Notes under the pieces: model-generated
Seen by the model: only the letters and a program-made list of their open reading frames with translations
Databases searched by the model: none
What the model was told of the DNA's origin: nothing
DNA from: Squalus acanthias
Taxonomy: Eukaryota
Reading direction: 5' to 3'
Assembly: GCA_030390025.1 (NCBI GenBank)
Contig: CM059432.1
Span: forward strand, 53,756,001-53,820,000
DNA length: 64,000 nucleotides
Shown: piece by piece, positions 10,345 to 22,189 of the stretch
How the letters are laid out: each line of letters begins with the position of its first letter
How positions within the stretch are numbered: the first letter of the stretch is position 1
Program-made: the position numbers and the translations under genes

Positions 10345-13300
10345 CATAGAATCAAAGAATGGTTACAGCACAGAAGGAGGCCATTCGGCCCATCGAGCCT
10401 GTGCCGGCTCTCTGCAAGAGCACGTCAGCTAGTCCCACTCCCCCACCCTTTCCCTGTAGCCCTGCAAATTTTTTTGCTTCAGGTACTTACCAATTCCCTT
10501 TTGAAAGCTAGGATTGAATGCCTCCACCACCCTTTCAGGCAGTGCATTCCAGATCCTAACCACCCGCTGCATAAAAATGTTTTCCCTCATGTCGCCTTTG
10601 GTTCTCCTGCCAATCACCTTAAATCTGTGTCCTCTGGTTCTCGAACCTTCCACCAATGGGAACAGTTTCTCTCTACTCTGTCTAGACTCCTCATGATTTT
10701 GAACACCTATCAAATCTCCTCTCAACCTTCTCTGCTCTAAGGAGAACAACCCCAGCTTCTCTAGTCTATCCATGTAACTGAAGTTCCTCATCCCCGGAAC
10801 CATTGTAGTAAATCTTTTCTGCACCCTCTCTAAGGCCTTCACAGCCTTCCTATAGTGCGGTGCTCAGAATTGGACACAATACTCCAGTTGAGGCTGAACC
10901 AGTGTTTTATTTAGGTTCATCATAACTTCCTTGCTTTTGTACTCTATGCCTCTATTTATGAAGCCCAGGATCCCGTGTGTTGTTTTAACCACTTTCTCAA
11001 CCTGCCTGTCACCTTCCAAGATTTGTGCACATATGCCCCCAGGTCTCTCTGTTCATGCACCCCCTTTAGAATTGTACCCTTTAGTTTATATTGCCTCTCC
11101 TCGTTCTTCCTACCAAAATGTATCACTTCACATTTTTCTGCATTAAATTTCATCTGCTATGTGTCCGCCCATTCCACCAGCCTGTTTATGTCCTCTTGAA
11201 GTCTATCACCATCCTCTTCATTGTTCACTTCCCCTCTGAACTTTCTATATTCAGCCTGATTCACACTTGTATTCTCAACCTGATATCTGTCATACACCCC
11301 TTTTTTCTGCTTCATCTTACTCGATCTCTTTCATCATCCAGAGACCTCTGGCTTTGGTTGCCCTACGTTTCCCTCTCATGGGAATGTACCTCGAATGTAC
11401 CTGAACCAAATCTTCTTTAAAGGCAGCCCATTGTTCGATTACAGTTTTGTCTGCCTATCATTGATTCCAATTTACCCGGGCCAGATCCATTCTCAACCCA
11501 CTGAAATTGGCCATGCTCTAATTAAGTATTTTTACTCTAGATTGCTCCCTGTCCTTTTCCATAGCTAATCTAAACCTTATGATACTATGATCACTGTTCC
11601 CTAAATGTTCCCCTACTGACACTTGCTCTACTTGACCCATTTCATTCCCCAGAACCAGCAATGCCTCCTTCCTTGTTGGGCCGGAAACATACTGATCAAG
11701 AAAGTTCTCCTGGACACACTTCAGAAATTCTTCCTCCTCTCTGCCCTTTACTATCCCAGTCTATATTAGAATAGTTGAAGTCCCCCATTATCACTACTCT
11801 AGTTCTTGCGCCTCTCTGTAATTGCCCTGAAAATTTGCTTCTCTATATCTTTCCCACTAGTTGGTGGCCTATAGAATACACCTAGTACTGTAATGGCACT
11901 TCTATTAATTCTGAACTTTAACCAAATAGATTCTGTCCTTGACCCCTCCAGGACATCCTCTCTCTCCAGCACTGTAATATTCTCCATAATCAATACTGCA
12001 ACCCCACCTCCTTTCTTTCCTTCCCTAGCTTTCCTGAACACCTTATATCCAGGAATATTTATTACCCAATCCTGCCCTTTTTGAGCCAGGTCTCCGTTAT
12101 CGCCATGACATCATATTCCCAGGTGTCTATTTGCGCCTGCAGCTCACCAACCTTATTTGCCACGCTTCATGCATTCACACACATGCACTGTGAACCTATC
12201 TTAGACCTTCTTGTATTCTCTTAGTCTGACCCCACTTAATACCATATTTTTCTTACTATCTGTCTCTCCAATCCTTTGTGCACCTTGTTTCTCCTTTCTA
12301 ATTCTACATCCTGGTGCCCACCCCCATGCCAAATTAGTTTAAACACTTCCCAACAGCACTAGCAACCCCCTGCCAGGACATTGGTCCCGGCTCTGTTGAG
12401 GTGCAAGCCAACCGGCCTGTACAGATCCCACCTCCCCCAGAACTGGTCCCAATGTCCCAGGAATTGAAAGCCCTCCCTCCTGCACCATCTCTCCAGCCAC
12501 GCATTCATCTGCTCTATCCTCCTATTTCTATAATCACTAGCTCATGGCACCAGGAGTAATCCGAAGCTTACTACCTTTGAGATCCTGCATTTTAATGTCT
12601 TTCCTCACTCCCTAAAATCTGCCTGCAGGACCTCATCCCTCTTTCTACCTATGTCATGGATACCAATATGGACCACGACCTCTGGCTGTTCACTCTCCCC
12701 CCTCAGAATGTTCTGTGACATCTTTGACGCTGGCACCAGGGAGGCAACATACCATCCTGGAATCACGTCTGCGGCCGCAGAAACGTCTATCTGTTCCCCT
12801 ATCGAATCTCCTATCACTATTGCTTTCCCTTTCTTCCTCCCCCCCCGCCCCCCCATACAGATGAGCCACCCGTGGTGCCTTGGACTTGGCTCTGGCTGTA
12901 CTCCCCAGAAGAACCATCGCCCTCACCACTATTCGGTTAGAGAGTGAGATGCACTCAGGGGACTCCTGCACTACCTGCCTGGTCCTCTTCTTCTGTCTGG
13001 CGGTCACCCATTCCCTCTTTGCCTGCACACTCTTACTCTACGGGGTGACCACCTCCTGAAACATGCTATCCACGTAGCTCTCAGCCTCATGGATGCACCA
13101 CAGTGATGCCAGCTGCTGCTCAAGCTCCGAAACCAGGAGCTTGAGCTCCTCCAGCTGATGACACTTCCTGCACACGTGGTTGTCCAGGACACAGGAAGTA
13201 TCCTGGAGTTCCCACATGGCACAAGATGTGCATTTCACAGGACTGAGGTGCCCTGCCATGCCTCTACTTAATAGACTATTAAGTAACTTAACAGAAATAA

Positions 13301-14480
13301 ACTTAGGACTTAAAAAAAAATCACCAGTTACTCACCAATTAGCTCCTTCACTTGTGCGGATGTCACTTACCTGACTCCCCGACGCTCGCGCTCTCTCCGG
13401 GCTCTCGGGCCTACCTTTCTCTGCGGCGGCTCCTCTTACTGTCCCACAGGTCCACTCTCGTGTTTATTACCTTAGAGACCTTGGGGGAGAAATTTGGTAT
13501 TGCCCCGTTTGGGGCACAATTATCGGCCGGGCGCAAAGTTTAGCACCTGGTGCTAATTATCGCCTCCGACTGCAAACTTGGCTTCTATCGCCCCTGGAGG
13601 TGATTGGAGCGCTAAATCAGGCACTACACACCTCTCTTAAGGCGCTAACGCCGAGGAGCGAGGCGCTACCTCAGAGCGCTGGCGAAGCTCATGTGATGTC
13701 AGTCAGCAATGGAACACAGACACAATGGCCCCGGCCAGTTCTTAAAGGGGAGGGTCGATCTTGCTCTCCATCCACACCCTGCTCATTGCAGCCTTGAATC
13801 TCGGCCTGGAGAGACCTGTACATCAAATCTGCTGGAAAGAACAATGGAGAGGCCCAGGGAAAGAGCTCAGAGTGCAGCACCCACAGTCTCTTCTAAATCG
13901 ATGCAAGGAAGGTCAAATCAAAATGAACTTGCAAAGTGCTGCTCAGTACCCAAAACTCCTTCACAGAGCGTTGAATCTCTCTCTCTCCCTCTGAATGCGT
14001 GGTGGAAAAATGTCGCCGACAAAAAAAGGCAGGAAGTGGTCGCCTTTAAATAGCACTCCCCCAGTCCCTTCCCGACTGCAAAACGCTCCCCTCAACCTGT
14101 CGTTGCTAGCGGCAGGCGGTAAGGCAGGGGGCGCCACTCAATATCTGGTCCGGGGCACTCGGCTGACGTCACGATCTGCGGGCACAAGAGATCGTGGCGG
14201 TAGTGTTTAGCGCCGCCACAAAATGTCTGGTCAATTTCGAGAGCGCCGCAAACATCGCCGCGCCCGGGCACTAGTTGCTTTGCGCCCCATTAGCACCCTC
14301 TTAGGGTGCTAATAGGAGGCACAAAACAACTGAATTATTCCCCCCTTGGCTCCACTCCTCCTTTTCAGTTAGACGTCTCACCCACCTTCCTCCTCTCCAC
14401 CGATTCCTGCGCTCACCAAATTCCTCCACTATTGCTTTTGATCCACTCCGTTTGTGTTCCCCAAGCTCTGTGCTCAAGTT
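10345..14480 (-). mobile_element. CR1 LINE, internally deleted, with its 5'UTR interrupted by a Harbinger derivative
   Basis: 3' tail at ~10345; RT C-terminus 10429-11230; jump at ~11235 to the post-EN region; EN ~11600-12200; ORF1 remnants 12340-13259 (MAGHLSPVKCTSCAMWE). 5'UTR-like sequence resumes after 14348. Confidence 0.85.
13483..14344. mobile_element. Non-autonomous Harbinger; internal-deletion derivative of the family at 37600-43117
   Basis: Termini GGGGGAGAAATTTGG / GAATTATTCCCCC, TSD ctt/ctt. The left part matches ~37600-37990; the right part matches ~41220-41615 plus ~43065-43117. Confidence 0.88.
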
Positions 14481-14879
14481 CTGTGATTTTTCAAACTAGT
14501 GCCTAATATATACCTTTTGAGTCAAACAATCTACAACTGCATAATCAGCTTCGAGCTCACTGCTTTTACCACCTACTCAAGCAACCACTTACAGCTGATA
14601 GCTATTAACTTCTAACTGCCACTGACCATGCAGTTTCTTTTATGTTACAAGACAAAGCTAAATTCCAATCTGATGATTACTTATCTAACTTACCTGATAC
14701 CTACCAGTGAATTTCTCCTCTCCACCGATTCCTGTGCTCACCAAATTCCTCCTCTACTTGTGATACACTCCAGTTACATTCTCCTAGCTCTGTCTCCAAG
14801 CTCTGTGCTCAAGCTCAGCAACATCATGTTGTTTGATTCCAGCCATACCACTCCATATTCTAATAACTCTGTGCATTAA

Positions 14880-16100
14880 AAAAAATATTTTCTCCTCCCC
14901 TTAATGCTTCAAGTATTAATCTTAGATTTACACCCTCTATGTTACTGATTACTAACCAGCAGAAATAACCTTCACTGTTGATCCTCTCAAACGCATTCAA
15001 CGTTTTGACCACCTTCATTTGATGTCCGCTTAACTTTCTCTACTCCTGTCAGTACAGCCTGTGTTTTCCAAGTTTCTCATCATAACTATATCCTCTCATC
15101 TCCGGTATCATCCTATTTAATCTAACTTACACCTTTTCTATGCTCCCAATATCCTTTGTATAATAGATCTGGATATAAAAACTGCACATAGTACTTCACC
15201 TGTAACCTAGCCAATGTTTTGTACAGATTCATCATCATTTCCTTGCTTTTGTACTTAATGCCTCTATATTTAAACTCAGAATCCCATTTGCCCCTTTTAT
15301 TGTTTTCCTACCAGCAATTCTGCTTTTAAAGATCTGCGTACCCCAGATCTCTCTCAAGAGAGGTCCCAAAAAAATCCCTGGGGCACACCACTAGCTACAT
15401 CTTGTCAATCCAAGAAACATCCATTTACTTCTACTCTCTGCTATCCATCCTTCCACCATCCCTCTATTCATGCCACTGCTTTACCTTTAATACCATAAGC
15501 CTTAATCTTTGCAACAAGTCTCTTATGTGGTACTTTACCAGGCACTTTTTGAAAGTTCAAATACATCACATTCACTGTATGCCCCTGGTCAGTAATTTTG
15601 TCAAAGAATTTGATTTAATTAGTCAACCATGACCTGCTTTTACAAATCTATATTGACTGCCCTTGATTAACCCATACCTTCCAAGTGTTACTGTAATCCC
15701 TTATTATATTCTCTAATCATCATCTCATTACTGTTTGTGAGACCTTGCTGTGTGCAAATTGGTTGTTGAATTTGGCAACAAAATAACAGTGACTGAACTT
15801 CAAAAGTGTTTCTTTTCTTGTCATTGAGGCAGTGAAGCACTTTGAGATGACTTGAGAAAATGAATGCCCTTTTATAAATGCAAGTCTATTTTTCTCTAAC
15901 AGATTTCATACACTATAGTGAGTCTAACTGGTCCATAATTTATTTCCCCCTTTTTTGAACAGGAGTGCAACATCTGCCCCACTCCCCCCCCCCCCCACTC
16001 CACAGTCCTTTGAGAAAATTCCTGTTTCCAAAGAATTTTGGAAAATTATGGTTAGTACCTCTGCTTTCATCACTAACCTTCCTCAGTATTCTGGAGTACA
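14880..16100 (-). mobile_element. Old degenerate CR1 ORF2 fragments
   Basis: Minus-strand similarity to CR1 RT regions (LYKTLARLQVKYYVQF; TPVQKRG remnant). Interrupted by a SINE tail at ~15730-15895. Confidence 0.6.
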
Positions 16101-16184
16101 GGCCATCATCAACCTGACAGGTGAACATTACCCTTCTATACTAGTAATACAAGTTGAACAGTTGTACACTATAGTAAGTATAAG

Positions 16185-16420
16185 AAACAACAACTTCTAC
16201 TTATATACTACCTTTAATGTGGACAAATGTCCCAAGGCACTTCACAGAGGCACAATCAGAAATAAATAGATGCCAACTCAAAGAAGGGGATATTAGAAAG
16301 GATGACCAAATGCTTGGTCAAAGAATTGGGTTTTAATGTGCATCTGAATGGAGGCAAGGGAAGAAGAGGTGGTGGGTTTTAGACGGTGAATTCCAGGGGG
16401 ACTCAAGCCCGGGATGATAG
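16185..16420 (-). mobile_element. L2-like LINE 3' end fragment
   Basis: Minus strand reads GTGAAGTGCCTTGGGACATTT...AAAGGTAGTATATAAGTAGAAGTTGTTGTT, an L2-type tail. Similar tails occur on the SINEs at ~15840 and ~17945. Confidence 0.5.
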
Positions 16421-17574
16421 CTGGAGAGTAGGAAGGCAGAGCAGTAATTATGGGTTGGGATTGGCATGGGGGGACAAAATACCCAAGAGAGGAGATATGA
16501 AAGGTGGCGTGACTGGGTGGCAGGAAGGAGAGGAGACAAGAGATAAGGGCCTGAGAGAGGTCAAAAGAAGAAAAAAATAGGAGCTAGAAGTAATGGGCAG
16601 CCAAAATGCACAGCGGATGAATAGGTTACATAGGCATAGTGGAGCTTAGAGAAACATGTCCTGGTCATAAACAGAGGACATCAAGGAGACAAGATAAAAG
16701 AGTCCAAAGTTAAAGTTAAGTTAAAGTTAAAGTTATATAATTACATATTCTTTTGCTCAGAGGAAATTGAATCCATTTGGTCACATACCACATGTTCTGC
16801 TGCTCACTACCACTTGGGAGTGGAACTTCTTCAACTGACACCATCCCTGTTATAGCCATGAGTATTTTGTCTAATTGCTAGAACCCTCTTTTATGCCTTT
16901 CCTCACCCTTAAAATTTGTGTCATCTTGTTCTAGAAAGAGAACATCATTATACATTAATGCAGGTGATTTCAATATTATGCATGCTTTCTTGCATGAGCT
17001 TGCATCAGGCTATCTTTACATTTATCTCGGTGAGAACTTGCTGACCTTCAACCTGTTAAAAATAAGCTCCCAGAACCTTTGGATCTGAGCTCCTGCACTG
17101 AACTGATCCCAGATCTCTACCCATACCATGTGCCTGCAGAATTTTGCTGTAGATTAACCTCAACCCCAAACTGTCATCTTCCTTTTCCAGATTGTTGCCC
17201 ACAAGAATATCCAGATCTTGGTTGTTGAAATTAGTTTTCCACAGACTGCAGCGAGATATTGCTTTGCGTGGGTGATTTCCATATTCCACATGAATTAGAG
17301 ACATTCTGTGATTTATACCAGTGAGGCATCTTGTTAGATGCTTGAAGTGTGAAAATGATCTTCATTGCAGGTGCATCCTGATTTGTAGCTTCATGCTGGG
17401 CACATTGCACGAATGAAGTAGGATCCTGACATAAGGAAAACCAGAAGAAAAATGCACTCTTACTGTTGCATATCACAATTTTGGGTTTTAAACACAAAAT
17501 TTCATTAAAGACGAGAATATGGACCCAGATATTTTAAATCTCCACTTTGGTTTTAGATTTAGAAGATGTAGCTA

Positions 17575-18000
17575 ACCACTTATCTATGGGTTGTGGATTC
17601 AAGTCCCACTCTAGCAGTCAACACATAATCCAGGCTATTACGTCAGTGAAGTACTGCAGGGGTGCTGTATTGTTCGAGGTGCCATCCTGCAGATGAGACA
17701 GAAAGCTGAGACCCTGTGTGCTGGTTCAGGTGGATGTTAAAGATTCCATAGCAGTATTCAAAGAAAAGCAAGAAGATGTCCCAGCCAATATTCTCACTCA
17801 ATTCAACCAACACCAGCAAGAATGGATTAAATGGTCATTCAGCTTATTGTTGTTTATGGGATCTTGCTATGTGCAAGATTGCTATTGCATTTATCCACAA
17901 AACAACAATAACTGCACTAAAAAATAATTCATTGTATATGCAACACTTTGGGACATTTCTGAAAAAAGTGATAAAGTACCATTTAAATACAAGTTTTATC
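17575..18000 (+). mobile_element. tRNA-derived Deu-domain SINE (SacSINE1/LF-SINE-like)
   Basis: B-box-like GGATTCAAGTCCC; core GGTGCCATCCTGCAGATGAGAC...GGATGTTAAAGATTCCATAGCA; L2-like tail. The family name is from recall, not a search. Confidence 0.6.
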
Positions 18001-18051
18001 TTCTATCTGCCTCTGCTGCTCATTATCTTTTTCTCTTTCTCTTAACTTCAG

Positions 18052-18777
18052 GGCACAGAAAATTGGCAAGCCAGCACGAACTGGACGGTAATTCCTGCAC
18101 TGGAACGGGTAGGTCGGAGGCACACCCGATATTGGACCTCGGGCCTCATTTACATGAGGTCGGCAACTTACAGGCGCCTGCTGGGCAACAACAGGCAGCT
18201 TGCCAGCAAAGAGGAATTCAATTCCGAGCTGCGTCACCAGCAGCAGCCCTCAGCTAGGTTCTGGGAGAGGGGGTTAGCGTTTGGGAGAGGGGGTTAGCAA
18301 TAGGAAGGGAGGGGGCTAATTGGGAGAGTGAGGGGAGCGACCAGAAGGGGACTGAGCGGGGCCCAGTAATGGCCTTCCGCACTGCAATGACGTCAGGAGG
18401 AGCACTCCTGCATCTCCCGGCTCCACATTCAGTTAAGTACGTTTTAAAAACTTACATTTTTGGTGGCGGCCTGCAGCAGTCGCTTTAAGGACTGCTGGTT
18501 AGGCTGTATGTACACCAATTTTTCCTAACCGCAGCTGGTCCAGCACTGGCTATGTTCAGGGAAGCCCATTTTTGCAAAAGGGGCCTCAAACAGGCATTAG
18601 GCACCGTATTTGCTTATGTAAAGGGTCTAAGGCGGGCGCCTCTTTTACTGCCTTCACCAATATGGCATGTGCTGCACTTCCACAATGAACGCGTGTGTGC
18701 CTCGCCCGCTATATTGGATGCTAAAGCGCCCATTTTGTGCCTGAAAAACGGGCGCGGAGCCATCGATTTTCTATGCC
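18052..18777. mobile_element. Harbinger-type MITE
   Basis: TIR GGCACAGAAAATT / GATTTTCTATGCC; flanking 3-mers cag/aag. Confidence 0.7.
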
Positions 18778-18837
18778 AAGGTCTCTAAGTACACTCTTTC
18801 AGCATCATCCAGCGATATGCCCAAAAAAAGCTTAGCT

Positions 18838-18996
18838 GGGGTAAAATTAAACGTTGGTGGGGACATAAAACAGAGGGTAATGAATCCACTGCCCATTATA
18901 CATCCAGCCGAACTTCCTTTCCATCGATGGGGTGTATAATGGACGACCGATCTGCTGACGCCTGTGATACACCCCTGCCGAAGTTGAATTTCACCC
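18838..18996. mobile_element. Small Harbinger-type MITE (~160 bp)
   Basis: GGGGTAAAATT ... AATTTCACCC termini with internal palindromic symmetry. Confidence 0.5.
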
Positions 18997-19940
18997 TCGA
19001 CTGTCTCTCACACCCAATCAGATCACCAACGTAGATGCATGTGCATTAATCAATCACTATTTTTGATGCATTGTCACATTTTATTGTGTTGTTAAGTATC
19101 TCTTCTTCCAGGACTGCTGCAGCACCACTTTACGGAGAATTGAAACATCATGGCAGATGTAGCTAAGAAATCAGCAATAAGTCTGAGATTTTTATTTTGC
19201 ATTAGCTAAACTGAGGCAAGCTTTGAAGCCAATTAAGTATTTAATACACAAGCAATTCAGTGAAATTACAGATGCAGCAAAAGGCAGATAAATAGATGCC
19301 CCTCAACACTGAGTCCTTTTAGGCCCCAGTAAAAATAATAATAAAATCAATCACTTCTGTGTGTTGCTTACTTTAATTCATATGCAGTTTTTGAATGTTA
19401 AATAGAATTAATGAATCATTTGTTCCACACTGGAAAGGCAATATTTCAGTTATTAGTTTAATTGTATAATTTCTTATGCTAAATGTACTGGCTTAGAAAT
19501 TGGACTCGCTTGGGGGCAATTGGCATCAATTTCACTGTGTTATCTTCTGTGCCCTAATGACACCAGAAATACGTTCGACCTGCATACTGCGGGCACCAGG
19601 CATCCCTGGTGGCTAAAACAGGTGTTAGGCTCCTCGTTAATATATGCAAGGGGCCTAACGCCTGTTTCAGGACTGATCCGGAAAACTGGTTCGCACTGAA
19701 CGGAGCAAGCGCCGTGCATCCTCCGCTCAAGTTTTGGGTCCCTGAGCAGCCTAACCAGCAATCCTTAAAGGCACCATTGGAGGCTGCCAACAAAAAGATA
19801 CATTTAAAAAAAATTACCTTCATATGGAGCTGGGAGCAGCAGGAATGCACCTCCCAGCTCTACAGCCCTACTGTGGGCGGCTGCCAGCCCATGCTAGCTC
19901 TGAAATTAAACTGTGGGATGTGAGCATGTGAACGCTTAAT

Positions 19941-21880
19941 GGCCTAGAAATTCCAAAGCGTTGGAAAGCTGCCGGTGGCACGGTGGGCTGCAGTTAATGG
20001 CCGCCGAAATGAATGGCACTGGCAGCACCAGTATATTGGTGCCACTTGCTAATTAATATTAGCGCAGCGCTAAACTTACTGTGCAAGGCTGGTTTTCCTG
20101 GTGGTAGTCTCAGCAGGAGGCCCAATGTAGCATGGCTGTAGCGTCATTGCAGCAAGAACAGCCTTCTCTTAAAGTAAGGCTGTCATTTTAACAAGCCAGG
20201 CAAGGGGCACCCAGGGTCCTGCACACAGCACTCCAGCTTTGTGCAGCAGGTCAACACTGCATGAGAGGTCCTCTACGCACAGGGGCCAGGAGGCTCCCAG
20301 AAAGAAGGATGTGGGACCACATCACCGAGGCCGTCACTGCCAGCAGTGTTGACCCCACGACCTGGCTCCAGTGCCCAAAGAAGCTTCATGACCTCAGACC
20401 AGTGGTCAAGGTCAGTGAATGCATCTTCAAGAGCCGTCTCCTACCAAATGCACCACTAGCCTCACACACTGCTCAACGCACAACTTGCACCACCACCCCC
20501 CCCCATTTATTCACCTACCAACAATCTGTACCAAACATGAGGCACACCTCCCATTCCTAACTTCATCTCACCACCTTGGAAGAGATAATGCTGGCCATTC
20601 TTGGCAGGGGCATGGCTGAGCCCTTGGCCAGTGGCGGGGCTGAAAGGATAAAAGATGCCGGTATCCTCATACGTTATCCTCCTTCTCGTGTGCACCTCTT
20701 GCTTTCCCGCCCTCCTCACCACAACTCCAGCCTTGTGCCTTGATCATTTCACACAACCAGGAAATGCAGCCTACCCAGCAAGTGAATGACCAAGAAGAGG
20801 GAGAGGAGAGAGAAGAAGAAGAAACACCATCACTCGATTTCACACTCCCAGCCACCAGCTCCTCAAGGTCGACCAGCAATGCCATTTGCAGTGTCCTCCA
20901 CTGAAAGTCAGTAGCTTTCCACCAGCCATGCTGCGGGCACTTGGGGAGCACTGTGTGACATCAGTAGGATGGGCAAAGGCACACACAAGACAGTCACTAA
21001 GGGAATGCATTGGGTGATTAGTTGATTTCATGATGTCATATTGGATAGACAGATGGATTGTAATGTTTGCTTTATGGTGGCTTTTATTTCAGCATTGTGG
21101 CCAAGAGGATGCTGTGATGGTCAGTAACAGAGAGAAGGTAAGGTATGGGACAAATGTTGAAAGGGGAATTGGGGTTGTGTTCACTGGTACCGCAGGCCAA
21201 TGATTCCATCCCAGATATCCCAACCAGAAAGGGTTGTCTGGGTTGCATCCTTCCTTCTGCTTCTTCCTCTTCTGCTTCCTCCTCTTCTGCATCTTCCTCT
21301 TTCCTCTGAGAGTGGATGCTGGAAATCTAAAATAAAAGCAGAAAATGCTGGAAATACTCAGCAGGTCAGGCAGCATCTCAACCTGAAAAGTTAACTCTCT
21401 TTCTCTCTCCACAGATGCTGCCTGACCTGCTGAGTATTTCCAGCATTTTCCTGTCTTCTCAGAGGCCTTCCTTTACCATCCGAGGCCTTGCAAGCATCCA
21501 GCAGCACTCCCTGCACAATTTAAAAACTTTTAACATCTATTGCACCAAGCCACTACTTCAATAAAATATAAAACATCCTGTCCAAAAGCTTAAATGCAAA
21601 CTTAACTGAAAGATGTATGTGTCCCTATAAGAAGTGCTGACAGTGTCTCTGTTGGTCTGCTGCACACTGGCTTTTCAGAGCAAGCTTAGGATCCAGCGCT
21701 AGACTCAGCGCAAAGGTCCAAGTTCACAGAGCATGGCGTTAAGTCGGCATTGCACGCCAACTGACATCACGCTCTCCAGATTTGCACATCCAGGGCCAGC
21801 GCTGCTGTTCTGATCAGCACGATTTTCCAATATTTGCTATGCCGTGGCAACCCAGTGCCAGGAAAATGTTTCCCTGTATT
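19941..21880 (+). mobile_element. Degenerate, internally deleted Harbinger (Myb gene remnant on +, transposase tail on -)
   Basis: TIR-like GGCCTAGAAATT. ORF 20261-20560 has a Myb/SANT remnant (W..I..AV...TWLQCPKKLHDL..VVK followed by a GT donor). Acidic tail on the minus strand at ~21250-21300. Right end approximate. Confidence 0.65.
21311..21450. mobile_element. Short inverted Penelope terminal fragment (hairpin)
   Basis: Perfect 38-bp inverted repeat 21341-21378 / 21413-21450 of the Penelope 3' terminus seen at 55125-55163. Confidence 0.75.
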
Positions 21881-22189
21881 GTCATGAAAATGAGAGAAAT
21901 AGAGGTTCTGCTTTCTAATTTCAATAATGCATCAGAGTGGAAGTTTAGCACAGTCATTTCAATATCACACCAACTGAAGAAATTAAATAGTGTGATCTTC
22001 TATTTGAACATCACAGTGCTAAAACCACAGTGCTAAAACCATTCATATTTTATCACCACTGAAAGGAATGCAGTGAGAGCCCAGCAGCATACTAAAAGTG
22101 GAAATTGTGTTTTCACATTTGATAAGGAGTTTCTGATCTGTACAATAGAAACCATGTTGACAATGGAGTTCCAGGATTATAGAGGCCAT

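Noticed and set aside
17056..17497. Possible host exon on the minus strand (polypyrimidine tract and AG at ~17427-17455; short ORFs)
   Set aside because: No recognisable protein motif, no partner exons found, and two of three frames close quickly. It would need tBLASTn or RNA-seq.
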